Source: Syntrophothermus sp. DTU052 (GTDB lineage: Bacteria > Bacillota > Syntrophomonadia > Syntrophomonadales > DTU052). Taken from it: 64,000 bases of DNA. The stretch is taken from assembly GCA_001512495.1 (NCBI GenBank), contig LFRU01000082.1, positions 50,775-114,774 of the forward strand, in the 5' to 3' direction. Of this stretch, positions 29,533 through 38,332 are shown piece by piece. Position numbers and translations under genes: made by a program. The notes below the pieces were generated by a model. That model saw nothing but the letters and a program-made list of their open reading frames with translations, was not told the DNA's origin and ran no database searches. Within the stretch, counting starts at the first letter, position 1; each line of letters opens with the position of its first letter.

Positions 29533-29576
29533 TGGTCCTGAGTGTGGACGGCGGCCGGGTTGCCATGTGATCAAAT
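29533..29576 (+). repeat. copy B of 44-bp repeat (orphan SDR 3' end)
   Basis: 39/44 identity to 29156-29199, including an in-frame stop in the equivalent position. Confidence 0.85.
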
Positions 29577-29724
29577 GTAGTGAATGCAATATTCTAATAT
29601 GCTAATATGGTGTTGGTTATCAAGGGGTAAAAGACAATACCGGTACAAGCCGGCCCTGAACTCTCATCATATCGACCAATGCGTTAATACGCAGAAGCAT
29701 CTTCGTGAAGAAAGGTTGGAAATC

Positions 29725-30249
29725 ATGAAAAAGTTACCACCAAACCTGTTGAGAACCCCGGATGTGTATGTTGATGAGCAGGTAAAAAAGATTTTTCAAC
29801 AGTCCGGGTTCGGGGGTATTCCATTATGGACCGAATCGGGATGTACCATATTTGTTCATACCCGGGCCGACATAATAGAGACCACACTGGGAGCCGATCT
29901 GGCTGTTCAACTTGAGTTCGAAGAAGTGGACGGGGTCCCCCTTATCTGGCTGGAGTTGGAGATCGTTATTGCCGATACTGACCATCATCGTGTCAGCATA
30001 TTTCTAAATATTCTCGACGACCAGGCAGTATCATGCTTACGAGCCCTGCCCTACCAGCGCTGGATCGTTATTCACTGGTACGATGAAAAACGGGAGTATA
30101 CCGGTTCGAGTGCGGTGGAATGGAGTCCTGATAACCAGGAGAAAGTCAGGAAGGTAACCCAGCAGGCGCAGGAGGCAATCGAACGGACCGGGGGCGGGGA
30201 TTTTGAGGAAGTCATCAACCGGGTCAAGAAAGACCGTCATCTATCATAG
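29725..30249 (+). CDS. hypothetical protein (174 aa)
   Basis: ATG 29725 with AAAGGTTGGA SD-like sequence; no recognised motif. Confidence 0.45.
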   Translation: MKKLPPNLLRTPDVYVDEQVKKIFQQSGFGGIPLWTESGCTIFVHTRADIIETTLGADLAVQLEFEEVDGVPLIWLELEIVIADTDHHRVSIFLNILDDQAVSCLRALPYQRWIVIHWYDEKREYTGSSAVEWSPDNQEKVRKVTQQAQEAIERTGGGDFEEVINRVKKDRHLS

Positions 30250-30321
30250 TGCTGTCAACTGAATCTCCGCCTCGTGCTGTAGCCTGGCCCAGCCTGCCCC
30301 ATAGCCACCTGGAATGGTTAT

Positions 30322-30774
30322 TCATCTGCGATGCGGCTTGCGGGACTTCGTCTGCTTCCCGGCTTTACTCAGGACACCTGTGGGCGTAGGAGCCGCAGAG
30401 CTGCTGTTCTTATTGTCCTGGTCGTACTTTTTCAACAGTTCCTGTTCGGCTGTGATAAGGGCTTGATATAATGACTGTTGGCCCAAAAAGACTGTCAGCA
30501 GCTGTTGGCGCAGCATTTCCAGTTGTTTTACGTCATCCAAAAGGACCTTTCTATTGACATCGCTGACGTCCAGGAAGTTTGCCTCATTGTTGAGGTGTCT
30601 CTTTTTTGATTGAATCCATCGGGTAACTGTCTTGAGGTCTTCTTCGTTCCTTGATAATACTTCCTTGAGGAAGGCCGCCAGACTGCTGATTCCAACCCCC
30701 GTATCATCACTTTCGATATCCGCCGTCATTTGAGAGTGGGTCTTATAGATGCGGCTGACAGGTTCCTTGCCCAT
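30322..30774 (-). CDS. hypothetical protein (150 aa), basic C-terminus
   Basis: uninterrupted ORF, predicted helical, no recognised motif. Confidence 0.45.
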   Translation of the reverse strand: MGKEPVSRIYKTHSQMTADIESDDTGVGISSLAAFLKEVLSRNEEDLKTVTRWIQSKKRHLNNEANFLDVSDVNRKVLLDDVKQLEMLRQQLLTVFLGQQSLYQALITAEQELLKKYDQDNKNSSSAAPTPTGVLSKAGKQTKSRKPHRR

Positions 30775-30938
30775 CTGTGGAGGCTCCTTTCGGTTGATTG
30801 CTAACCATAGTCTATCCTATTCGTCAACATGCTCGGATGCTACCATATCGGCTGTACAATGCGGACAGCTTGCCAGAATTATGGTAATGATGGTATAAAA
30901 TCAGTATCTAACCGCGGTTTTGCAGAGGGAGAATAGCG

Positions 30939-31628
30939 TTGGCAATATTTGCAATAGGAGACCTTCATTTGTCAAATGGCACCAAACCGATGGATATTTT
31001 CGGGGAAGAATGGCATAACCATGACCAGAAGATGGCTTTCAACTGGGACCGGGTTGTTAGACCGGAGGATACGGTACTAATAGCGGGGGATACTTCCTGG
31101 GCCATGCGGTTAAAAGAGGCGATTCCTGATTTTGAATGGATTGCCGCCCGACCGGGGAGAAAAATAATGGCCAAAGGCAACCACTGTTATTTCTGGAGCA
31201 CCCAGCGCAAGATGATGGAAATACTAGGGCCCCTCGGTATTGAAACGCTCAATGCGGATTGTACGATGGTGGGAGGGATTGCCGTAGCTGCGACCCGAGG
31301 ATGGATCACTCCGAGTGATCCGCGTTTTGATCCCGCCAAGGACCAGGTGGTTTACCAGAGAGAGATACAGCGGTTGGAAAGAGCTTTATCCCGAGTGCCT
31401 GACGATGCGGAACAGGTTATTGCCATGATGCATTTCCCCCCTTACGCCAATCAGGGAGAGGAGACCGATTTTATCAAGCTTTTAGTCGATAACGCAGTCG
31501 ATATTGTTGTATACGGCCATCTCCACGGACGCTACCTGCAAAATGTGCTGACGGGAATTCACTGGAACATGAAATTCTATTGTGTTTCGGCGGATTACCT
31601 TGATTTTACACCCTGCCGGATACTGTAG
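30939..31628 (+). CDS. metallophosphoesterase
   Basis: GDLHL, AGDTSW, GNHCY, GHLH metal-binding motifs; TTG start. Confidence 0.8.
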   Translation: MAIFAIGDLHLSNGTKPMDIFGEEWHNHDQKMAFNWDRVVRPEDTVLIAGDTSWAMRLKEAIPDFEWIAARPGRKIMAKGNHCYFWSTQRKMMEILGPLGIETLNADCTMVGGIAVAATRGWITPSDPRFDPAKDQVVYQREIQRLERALSRVPDDAEQVIAMMHFPPYANQGEETDFIKLLVDNAVDIVVYGHLHGRYLQNVLTGIHWNMKFYCVSADYLDFTPCRIL

Positions 31629-31678
31629 CCTTTAGAAAGTGGGCGGGGGAGCCAATTCTCCCCCTGTTCTTCAAATAG

Positions 31679-31993
31679 TTACTGCATGGGTGGCTGGAAA
31701 TTCTGCGCCTGCTGATCCATGACTTCCTGGTGCCCTTGCTGAATTGCCTTCTGGTCATTGGGGCTTAACATGTAGATCAACTGCTGCAGTTCGCCAACAT
31801 GATGTTTTTCCTCTTCGGCTATGTGGTAGAGAACCTTTTTTACCCGTTCATCATTGGTGGCTAAAGCATGGGCTTCATAAACAATGATAGCCTCCAGTTC
31901 ACCTGCCAGATCCACCCTTAAGGCCTGAAGCAGTTCTTCCTTGGACATCTGCCGAGGAACGCTGCCAACAAATGGATCGCCGATCTGGACCAT
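31679..31993 (-). CDS. EncFtn-like (encapsulated-ferritin family) ferritin-like protein
   Basis: GELEAIIVYE ... IAEEEKHHVGEL pattern parallels EELEAVDWY ... DEEKEHA of encapsulin-associated ferritins (from memory). Confidence 0.55.
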   Translation of the reverse strand: MVQIGDPFVGSVPRQMSKEELLQALRVDLAGELEAIIVYEAHALATNDERVKKVLYHIAEEEKHHVGELQQLIYMLSPNDQKAIQQGHQEVMDQQAQNFQPPMQ

Positions 31994-32220
31994 CCTGATC
32001 GCCTCCCTTGTTTTTATGATATTTTTTGTAGGAGCCGCGTAATTATGTGCTGGAATAATTGAATGGAGGCAAGGGTCAAGGTAAGTACCGCCAATTAGAG
32101 TCTATTCTGCAATCTCGTAATTCCCGGCAAGTCTTAGACTGTTTTTCCCGGTGCCGGTTTGTTCTTAAATCTCCGGGTTCTGAATGCTCAATTCCAGGCG
32201 AATGCTGCCGCCGGGCATGC

Positions 32221-32249
32221 TTGACAAGTGCCGTAAGTTTGGGTATTCT
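32221..32249 (+). promoter_or_regulatory. sigma-A-type promoter candidate (upstream tRNA promoter)
   Basis: TTGACA - 17 nt - TATTCT. Confidence 0.45.
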
Positions 32250-32286
32250 CATAAAGTGGCTGATGAACTTGGCAGAGGCTGTTGTG

Positions 32287-32315
32287 TTGAAAAACTCATA
32301 AGGACGTTGTATAAT
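32287..32315 (+). promoter_or_regulatory. sigma-A-type promoter for tRNA operon
   Basis: TTGAAA - 17 nt - TATAAT with TG extended -10, 17 nt before tRNA-Gly. Confidence 0.7.
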
Positions 32316-32332
32316 ATTCAGGCGGCTATTAT

Positions 32333-32406
<74 letters not shown>

Positions 32407-32412
32407 ACGAAT

Positions 32413-32489
32413 GTCCCTGTAGCTCAGCTGGACAGAGCAACGGCCTTCTAAGCCGTGGGCCGGGGGTTCGAATCCCTCCGGGGACGCCA
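32413..32489 (+). tRNA. tRNA-Arg (anticodon UCU), CCA encoded
   Basis: acceptor gtccctg/cggggac, anticodon loop cuUCUaa, T-loop ggttcgaatcc. Confidence 0.9.
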
Positions 32490-32493
32490 TTGT

Positions 32494-32570
32494 GGTGGGC
32501 GTAGCTCAGTTGGCAGAGCATCAGATTGTGGCTCTGAGGGTCGTGGGTTCAAGTCCCATCGTCCACCCCA
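32494..32570 (+). tRNA. tRNA-His (anticodon GUG) with G-1, CCA encoded
   Basis: extra 5' G pairing with discriminator C, anticodon loop uuGUGgc, T-loop ggttcaagtcc. Confidence 0.9.
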
Positions 32571-32615
32571 TTTTATCTTGACACAGGCACGGAATTTCTA
32601 TATACTCTGAGCCGT

Positions 32616-32690
32616 TGGGGTGTAGCCAAGCGGTAAGGCAACGGACTTTGACTCCGTCATGCGTTGGTTCGAATCCAGCCACCCCAGCCA
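32616..32690 (+). tRNA. tRNA-Gln (anticodon UUG), CCA encoded
   Basis: acceptor tggggtg/cacccca, anticodon loop cuUUGac, T-loop ggttcgaatcc. Confidence 0.9.
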
Positions 32691-32710
32691 TTATTTCGAA
32701 AAATTATTGC

Positions 32711-32786
32711 GGGCCATTAGCTCAGGCGGTAGAGCACCTGACTTTTAATCAGGGTGTCGGTGGTTCGAGTCCACCATGGCTCACCA
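32711..32786 (+). tRNA. tRNA-Lys (anticodon UUU), CCA encoded
   Basis: acceptor gggccat/atggctc, anticodon loop cuUUUaa, T-loop ggttcgagtcc. Confidence 0.9.
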
Positions 32787-32845
32787 TTTGAAATCCCGTA
32801 ACCACGGCGTTTGTTGTGGTTCAAGAAATAGAGTGGAGTTGTACG

Positions 32846-32867
32846 GTATAGCCACCGTATAGCCACC
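32846..32867. repeat. perfect tandem 11-mer gtatagccacc x2 (possible arm-type recombinase site)
   Basis: two identical adjacent 11-mers between tRNA-Lys and the int 3' end. Confidence 0.5.
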
Positions 32868-32870
32868 GAC

Positions 32871-32909
32871 AAAAAAAGAATCAGTACTAGGGGCCAGCTA
32901 GTACTGATT
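32871..32909 (-). terminator. rho-independent terminator after int
   Basis: perfect 12-bp inverted repeat aatcagtactag / ctagtactgatt, 7-nt loop, followed on minus strand by a T run. Confidence 0.75.
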
Positions 32910-32930
32910 CAAATAAAAGGCAAGTTGGAT

Positions 32931-32964
32931 AAACTCATTCAGTTACTGAATGAGTTTTTTCTTT
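32931..32964 (+). terminator. plus-strand terminator hairpin overlapping int stop codon
   Basis: aaactcattca / tgaatgagttt 11-bp stem followed by tttttt; could stop tRNA-operon read-through into antisense int. Confidence 0.55.
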
Positions 32965-34102
32965 CCGGGAGGAACGCATCGACGGTTCGAGCTAAACGCT
33001 CTGTTGAGTCAGGAAGTACGTGGCTGTAAATGTTAAGTGTGGTTGTGACATCCTTGTGGCCGAGCATTTTGCTGACGGTCGTAATGTCCACCCCATTTAG
33101 TAAAGATAGGGTCGCAAATGTATGCCTTAGTTCATGTAGGGTAAAGTCCAATCCCAGCTTAGTACAAAGCATACGAAATTTGCGGGTTACATAACCTGGG
33201 TCGAAAGGCGTTCCGTCCGGTTTTGCAAAAACCAGATCATGGTCGTTATAAAGTTCGCCCATCAGTAACCTTTCTTTGTTTTGATAGGCTTTATAACTCT
33301 TCAATTCAGCGACCAACTTGTCCGGGATCGTAAAACTCCTGATACTCTCTGGGGTTTTCGGCGTATCAAAATAATACTTACCATCGACTTTCAACAGGTT
33401 TTGTGCAACCCGCAATGTCTTGGTTTTGAAGTCAACATCAGCCCAGCGCAAGGCTAGTAACTCGCCCCGGCGCAACCCGGTAGAAACGGCTGTGTAATAA
33501 ATCGCGTAATGAGTCCGGTTTGTGATGCTCTCCAAAAAGCTCTCCAACTGCTCAGGAGACATCGACCTTGCTTGAGTCGGCGCCTTTTTCGGCAACTTAA
33601 CTTCAGCCGCCGGGTTTTTGTGGATATAGCCCTCGTTTATTGCTGCCTTTAGTGCCGAGTTCAATATAACCTTAGCGTATTCCACGGTTCTCGGGGACAG
33701 CCCTTTCTCCGAAAGATTGTTAATGAATGTTTGAACATGATTCGGGGACAGTTTGGTTAGTCGAATATGTCCCAAGCCAGGAATAATATAATCATTAACA
33801 ACCTGCTCGTACGAATCATAGGTTTTACGTTTAACTGAGATCTTTTTATAGGTTGGCAGCCAAATCTCAAGCCATTGCCTAACCGTGATCGCGCTAACGC
33901 TTGCCATTGTAAGCTGTCCCTGCTGTTGCATTACCAGGGCCTTATTGAGTTTCTCCTGCACCTCCTTTCGTGTTTTCCCGTAGAAAACCTTACGCTTGCG
34001 TTTGCCCGTATTCGGGCAGTAGCCAAGCGTAAGGGCCGCGACCCAACGTCCTTTTTTGTCGCGGTAAATGGACCCTTCATTGTTCGCTCGTTTCCGAGCC
34101 AT
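32939..34102 (-). CDS. int: tyrosine site-specific integrase
   Basis: arm-binding-type N-terminus (NEGSIYRDKKGRWVA), catalytic LRRGELLALRW, HELRHTFAT, LGHKDVTTTLNIYSHV. Confidence 0.95.
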   Translation of the reverse strand: MARKRANNEGSIYRDKKGRWVAALTLGYCPNTGKRKRKVFYGKTRKEVQEKLNKALVMQQQGQLTMASVSAITVRQWLEIWLPTYKKISVKRKTYDSYEQVVNDYIIPGLGHIRLTKLSPNHVQTFINNLSEKGLSPRTVEYAKVILNSALKAAINEGYIHKNPAAEVKLPKKAPTQARSMSPEQLESFLESITNRTHYAIYYTAVSTGLRRGELLALRWADVDFKTKTLRVAQNLLKVDGKYYFDTPKTPESIRSFTIPDKLVAELKSYKAYQNKERLLMGELYNDHDLVFAKPDGTPFDPGYVTRKFRMLCTKLGLDFTLHELRHTFATLSLLNGVDITTVSKMLGHKDVTTTLNIYSHVLPDSTERLARTVDAFLPERKNSFSN

Positions 34103-34356
34103 TATTGTTTCACCTCCTTTCCGTTAGATCCATTATACTCGAACTGGCTTGTGAGCCAACGCCTGAATCCATCGCGATGAATACGGATAACACGGCCAAA
34201 ACGCAGGGCCGGGAAGCCATCGACGTGGCACAGTTTATACAATTGGGATGCTGCAACACGGGATAATATGGCCGCCTCCTTAACGGTTAGCAGTTCTGGA
34301 GCCGTGCTCCAATCAGTGGGATCGAGTTGTCCAACTTGCATACTTACTTTTCGCAT
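34102..34356 (-). CDS. xis: excisionase-family helix-turn-helix DNA-binding protein
   Basis: LLTVKEAAILSRVAASQLYKL...RFGRVIRIHRDGFRRWL; stop overlaps int start (TAATG). Confidence 0.8.
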   Translation of the reverse strand: MRKVSMQVGQLDPTDWSTAPELLTVKEAAILSRVAASQLYKLCHVDGFPALRFGRVIRIHRDGFRRWLTSQFEYNGSNGKEVKQ

Positions 34357-34385
34357 AAGTACCTCCTTGTAATAAATTAGTCTCT

Positions 34386-34423
34386 AAAAAAGGGAAAACC
34401 CCTGGCCGGTGAGACCAGGGGTT
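34386..34423 (-). terminator. rho-independent terminator after the LRR protein gene
   Basis: aacccctgg / ccaggggtt 9-bp stem, then T-rich run on minus strand. Confidence 0.75.
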
Positions 34424-34432
34424 CATAAACTC

Positions 34433-37400
34433 CTACGCTACGCTGTTGTCGGTATCCTCGTCTTCTTCCTTTTTCCGCCGCCGTAGCAAAATAGGAATTA
34501 ACAACAGGAATAAAAGCGTCCACAATGGGAATTTGTTAGGCTCTTTTTCTTGCAGGAAATCGTAATCCAATACCATTGACACTGTTTGCACTGGAATCGC
34601 TTCAGTCAATGTTACTTCAGCCGCTCGGGTCAGACCCTTCAGTTTTGCCGCCGGTATCTCGTTAACCGTTTCTGCGGTCTCTACACGCAAGGTTTTTAAC
34701 AATATTTTTTCATTTGCCAGTCTTAAATCCGCAATATATAGAGCGTGATCTCCCAGGGGAACATTGCGAAACTCAAAATATCCGTTGGCATCCGTGAATG
34801 TAGACCGTGCGCTAGAGTGCAGTTCCAGTCTGGCGTTGGGGAGCGGCTTGCCATCCTTTAGCTTTACGGTTCCGCGAATTATCCCAGTCGTGAGTTTCGG
34901 CTTGGGTGTTGGCTCCAGTCGTAAAACCGGCCTTGGCTTTGATGTAATGATAGGTTTCGGTGCAGCAATAGGCTCAGGTTCGATGATAGGCTCTGCTTCT
35001 GGCTCCGGTTCGGGGGCTGGTTCAAGTATTGGTTCGGGTTCAGGCTCTGGATTTACTGGATAGCCGCCACCGCCTCCACTATCGTCGTTAGACGCTGGGA
35101 TTGAAAACCCGAATAACAAGCGGTTGGGGTTAAACGTATTCCCTAAAATCTCTTGCCATTCTGGTTTCCATATTATTTGGCACTCGATGTTTACCCAACC
35201 TTGGTTAGAAGGAGAAGATTTCAACGTGAAAGAATTGGACGTGAATCCTTTAGTATCGGTGCTTGTAAGCTCCTGTTGCAAGACCCCATCCACACCAAAT
35301 GTATTAACCGACCATCTAACATGAACGCCAGGGGCCGGTATGGCCTGGGTGGGATCGCCTGGTTTGAGTTGGTATATCGCGTATGCCTTCAAAGTAACCG
35401 TGTCGCCTTCTTTTGTAGGGTGTTTCCATTCGGGATCTGTTGTGAAAGGGGTATGCGTGTATCGCAGTTTGGGTATCGACAAGACGGGTATAATTTCTTC
35501 ATCATCTAAAGCTCCGTCGGTTGAAGTTATGCGTATTCTCCAATACTGAGGTTCCCCAATTGGAGCTTTGAAATTGAGATCTAACCTATAGGGTGCACTT
35601 GGAATGTTTGGTTCGTAATCAGGAGGAACGGCAACGGTTGAGGGGGTTATTTCACCTGGAGAACACACATAAGCATCATTGGATATGGTTTCAAAATGCA
35701 ACGTCTTGCCTTTACAGTGAATAACCTTTGGATACGGTTCCGCGTAGATGTGTATCCCGTCGCCAGAAGGTACTCCGAAGCTTGACGAGATAAGGGTCTC
35801 GCCTGCCCAGAGGTGAATTCCTAACTCTTTCGCTGTTTGTGCAGAACAACCCCAAGAATAAGGCCCCCAATGATAATCTGGGACACCAGGAGGTATAAGC
35901 CTCACTGTTACTTGACCTGTTACAGAAACATCTGGGTTGTTATATAAAGAGACTGTGATGATAATAATATCACCGTCATGCAGTTCTACTTGCGAAGGAT
36001 TAACAGTATCAAGGCTCAGTTTTGCAGTTGCTGTACCTTCAGCCGCTGAACCTTGAGGCCCTGTTATTTGGTGTGGAGACGTAAAACGTCCTACACTGGC
36101 ATCAAACCGCAACTCTACTCCTGGCACCAGCTTATTTTGATGGTCACGCACCGTGGCTCGTGCCAACACTTCATTGAGGGTCAAATATTGCAACGAATTA
36201 GGCTGGACCAATATTTCGTTGGTAGATAGCGTTAGCGAAATCTGTAACTGAGTCGTTGAAGGTGGCTCAGGAGCTTCTTTTGACTCTACAGTAACTGTTG
36301 TATCGACCCTTGTAAAATCACCATCGATGCCTTTCCATCGTGCCGTTATTACGGCAGTTCCAGGAGCGTGTGCATTTATGCGCAAGCTATCGCCTTCAAT
36401 AGCGCATGACGCAATGTTGGGGGCCGATATTTCATAAGTAAAATCAGCAGGCGACAAAGACGGCAAGTAAAACCGATTATCTGTTAGAATCTCCGACCAC
36501 TGCTGCCCGGTAGTATCAAGAGACTCTTTAAAGCCAAAATAAACATCAGAAAAATCCCCCCCAGTCAACGTAAGAGAATCGTTAGGTACTGCTATTTTGA
36601 ATTGAGGGATGGTATTCCAAAAGTAAGTATCTAACACCGGTTCTTTAGGCTCTTTCCATATATTGAGGAAATTATGGCTGCACCCAAATGCTTCTAACCC
36701 TACTGGTAAGGAAGGCAGTTGAGTTAGTTGATTGTAGTCACACCACAACAACCGCAGAGATGTTGGCAATTCCGGTAGTGTCATTACCTGGTTCGCCATA
36801 CAGTCGAGCATTTCCAGCCCTGCCGGTAATGATGGCAGTTCTGTCAGTTGATTGCCACCGCACCACAGCTCCCGCAGAGATGTCGGCAGTTCCGGCAGTA
36901 CCGTTAGTTGATTATCAGAACATTCAAGTTTCTCCAACCCTGCCGGTAATTGGGGTAAGTGAACTAGCTGGTTGTTGCCGCAGAGCAATAGCCGCAAAGA
37001 TGCTGGTAATTTTGGTAATTCGGTTAGTTGGTTAAGGTCGCACGACAGCTCCTCTAACCCTTCCGGTAATAATGGTAACCGAGCTAATTGGTTATCACTG
37101 CAACCCAAATACTTCAAAGAAGCCGGTAGTTCCGGGAGTTCCGTTAGTTGGTTACCAGAACATTTAAGTTTCTCCAACCCTGCCGGTAATAGGGGTAAGT
37201 TGGTTAGTTGATTGCCATAACATTCCAACCATTCTAAAGATGCGGGGAGTTCAGGTAATGCTGTTAATTGATTGCTATAGCAGAAAAGTGTATTAAGGTT
37301 GGCTGGCAAATCAGGTAATACTGTTAGTTGGTTGTTGCGGCAATCCAATACCCCTAATGACGTTGGCAAGTCGGGCAATGTTGTTAATGCGTTACCATCA

Positions 37401-38269
37401 CACCATAAAGTTGCCAAGGTTGAAGGCAAAGGTGGTAACTCGGTTAGCCTGTTATATGAGCAATCGAGCACTTGAATACCAGTGTCCATAAAATGTTCGA
37501 GCCCAGCAAGGCTCGTAATATTTCGGCCACGAACCGATAATGTTGCAAAGCCGCTTGCTGCCTGCTCAATCAAATCCTGCTTTGTGAAAGCTCCAGGTTC
37601 TCCAGTATTGCCTAACCATTCCCATACTGCTTGCCGGAAGTTTGGATCCGTGAAATCGCTTGATATGTCATCTTGAAAGTTAAGAGTCTCCATTTCTATT
37701 TGTGGTTCATCTTCCGGCTGGTTCTTCTCAGTTAGTTGTTTACCCAGGCCAGCATCATCCTTCACTCCTGCCGGCTGTTCAATAATATTATCCTCTTCTG
37801 CTGGGTGCTCTTCTGAGGTGACAGCATCATCCTCTTCTACTGGATCCTCTGAAACAGCGACCTCTTCTTTCTGTTTCGGAAGCTGCTCATGAGGGCCAAC
37901 AGCGTCGTCTTTCTCAGCTGATTCTTCTCCAGTTTGTTCTTTTGAAGAGACAGTGCCATCCTCTTCTAATGATTCTTCGGGGAAGACAACACCTTCCTCT
38001 TGCATTGACTGTTCTTCTGGGACAAGGGTATTATACTCCACGCCAGTATTGTCGTGATTTTCTGCTGGCTCCTCTTGCGGTTCGCACTGTTCCTCGCCGG
38101 GTCCGGTTTCGGATTCAAGCGTCAAAAAATCGCTTGGAGCGTCTGTTTCGTTAGCCCACGTTTTTGTAGTCATTACCATTGAGCCGAATTGCCCCGTTTC
38201 AGTTGGGCATATGCTGCTTGTCATTAGAAATGCAATAGCCAACAATACGGACAAAATTCTCCTTTTCAT
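34433..38269 (-). CDS. 1278-aa surface protein: signal peptide, acidic region, 14 x 20-aa LRRs, Ig-like region, PE-rich linker, CarboxypepD_reg-like domain, C-terminal TM anchor
   Basis: MKRRILSVLLAIAFL signal; repeats LxxLxCxxNQLTxLPxLPxx; PEPEPEPILEPAPEPEPEAEP linker; GTVKLKDGKPLPNARLEL...DANGYFEF; terminal LLFLLLIPILLRRRKKEE. Confidence 0.85.
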   Translation of the reverse strand: MKRRILSVLLAIAFLMTSSICPTETGQFGSMVMTTKTWANETDAPSDFLTLESETGPGEEQCEPQEEPAENHDNTGVEYNTLVPEEQSMQEEGVVFPEESLEEDGTVSSKEQTGEESAEKDDAVGPHEQLPKQKEEVAVSEDPVEEDDAVTSEEHPAEEDNIIEQPAGVKDDAGLGKQLTEKNQPEDEPQIEMETLNFQDDISSDFTDPNFRQAVWEWLGNTGEPGAFTKQDLIEQAASGFATLSVRGRNITSLAGLEHFMDTGIQVLDCSYNRLTELPPLPSTLATLWCDGNALTTLPDLPTSLGVLDCRNNQLTVLPDLPANLNTLFCYSNQLTALPELPASLEWLECYGNQLTNLPLLPAGLEKLKCSGNQLTELPELPASLKYLGCSDNQLARLPLLPEGLEELSCDLNQLTELPKLPASLRLLLCGNNQLVHLPQLPAGLEKLECSDNQLTVLPELPTSLRELWCGGNQLTELPSLPAGLEMLDCMANQVMTLPELPTSLRLLWCDYNQLTQLPSLPVGLEAFGCSHNFLNIWKEPKEPVLDTYFWNTIPQFKIAVPNDSLTLTGGDFSDVYFGFKESLDTTGQQWSEILTDNRFYLPSLSPADFTYEISAPNIASCAIEGDSLRINAHAPGTAVITARWKGIDGDFTRVDTTVTVESKEAPEPPSTTQLQISLTLSTNEILVQPNSLQYLTLNEVLARATVRDHQNKLVPGVELRFDASVGRFTSPHQITGPQGSAAEGTATAKLSLDTVNPSQVELHDGDIIIITVSLYNNPDVSVTGQVTVRLIPPGVPDYHWGPYSWGCSAQTAKELGIHLWAGETLISSSFGVPSGDGIHIYAEPYPKVIHCKGKTLHFETISNDAYVCSPGEITPSTVAVPPDYEPNIPSAPYRLDLNFKAPIGEPQYWRIRITSTDGALDDEEIIPVLSIPKLRYTHTPFTTDPEWKHPTKEGDTVTLKAYAIYQLKPGDPTQAIPAPGVHVRWSVNTFGVDGVLQQELTSTDTKGFTSNSFTLKSSPSNQGWVNIECQIIWKPEWQEILGNTFNPNRLLFGFSIPASNDDSGGGGGYPVNPEPEPEPILEPAPEPEPEAEPIIEPEPIAAPKPIITSKPRPVLRLEPTPKPKLTTGIIRGTVKLKDGKPLPNARLELHSSARSTFTDANGYFEFRNVPLGDHALYIADLRLANEKILLKTLRVETAETVNEIPAAKLKGLTRAAEVTLTEAIPVQTVSMVLDYDFLQEKEPNKFPLWTLLFLLLIPILLRRRKKEEDEDTDNSVA
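36650..37486 (-). repeat. about 14 tandem 60-nt coding repeats (LRR units)
   Basis: 60-nt periodicity visible in nucleotide and protein sequence; coordinates converted from aa 262-540. Confidence 0.8.
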
Positions 38270-38300
38270 TGTTAAGGCTCACCCTCCTTGAAAGTGTTAC

Positions 38301-38332
38301 GAAAATAAAACAAGCCCGGAGTTACCGGACTT
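38301..38332 (-). terminator. terminator-like hairpin about 30 nt upstream of the LRR gene start codon
   Basis: aagtccgg-taac-tccgggctt stem on minus strand followed by gttttatttt. Confidence 0.55.

Noticed and set aside
34764-35063. 99-aa plus-strand ORF rich in GSGSG
   Set aside because: It is the antisense translation of the PEPEPE linker of the LRR protein, so it is a low-complexity artefact.
36650-37486. Regular 60-nt periodic repeats that could be mistaken for a CRISPR-like or satellite array
   Set aside because: They lie inside one long ORF and translate into 14 consecutive 20-aa leucine-rich repeats. There is no spacer/repeat alternation and no cas genes.
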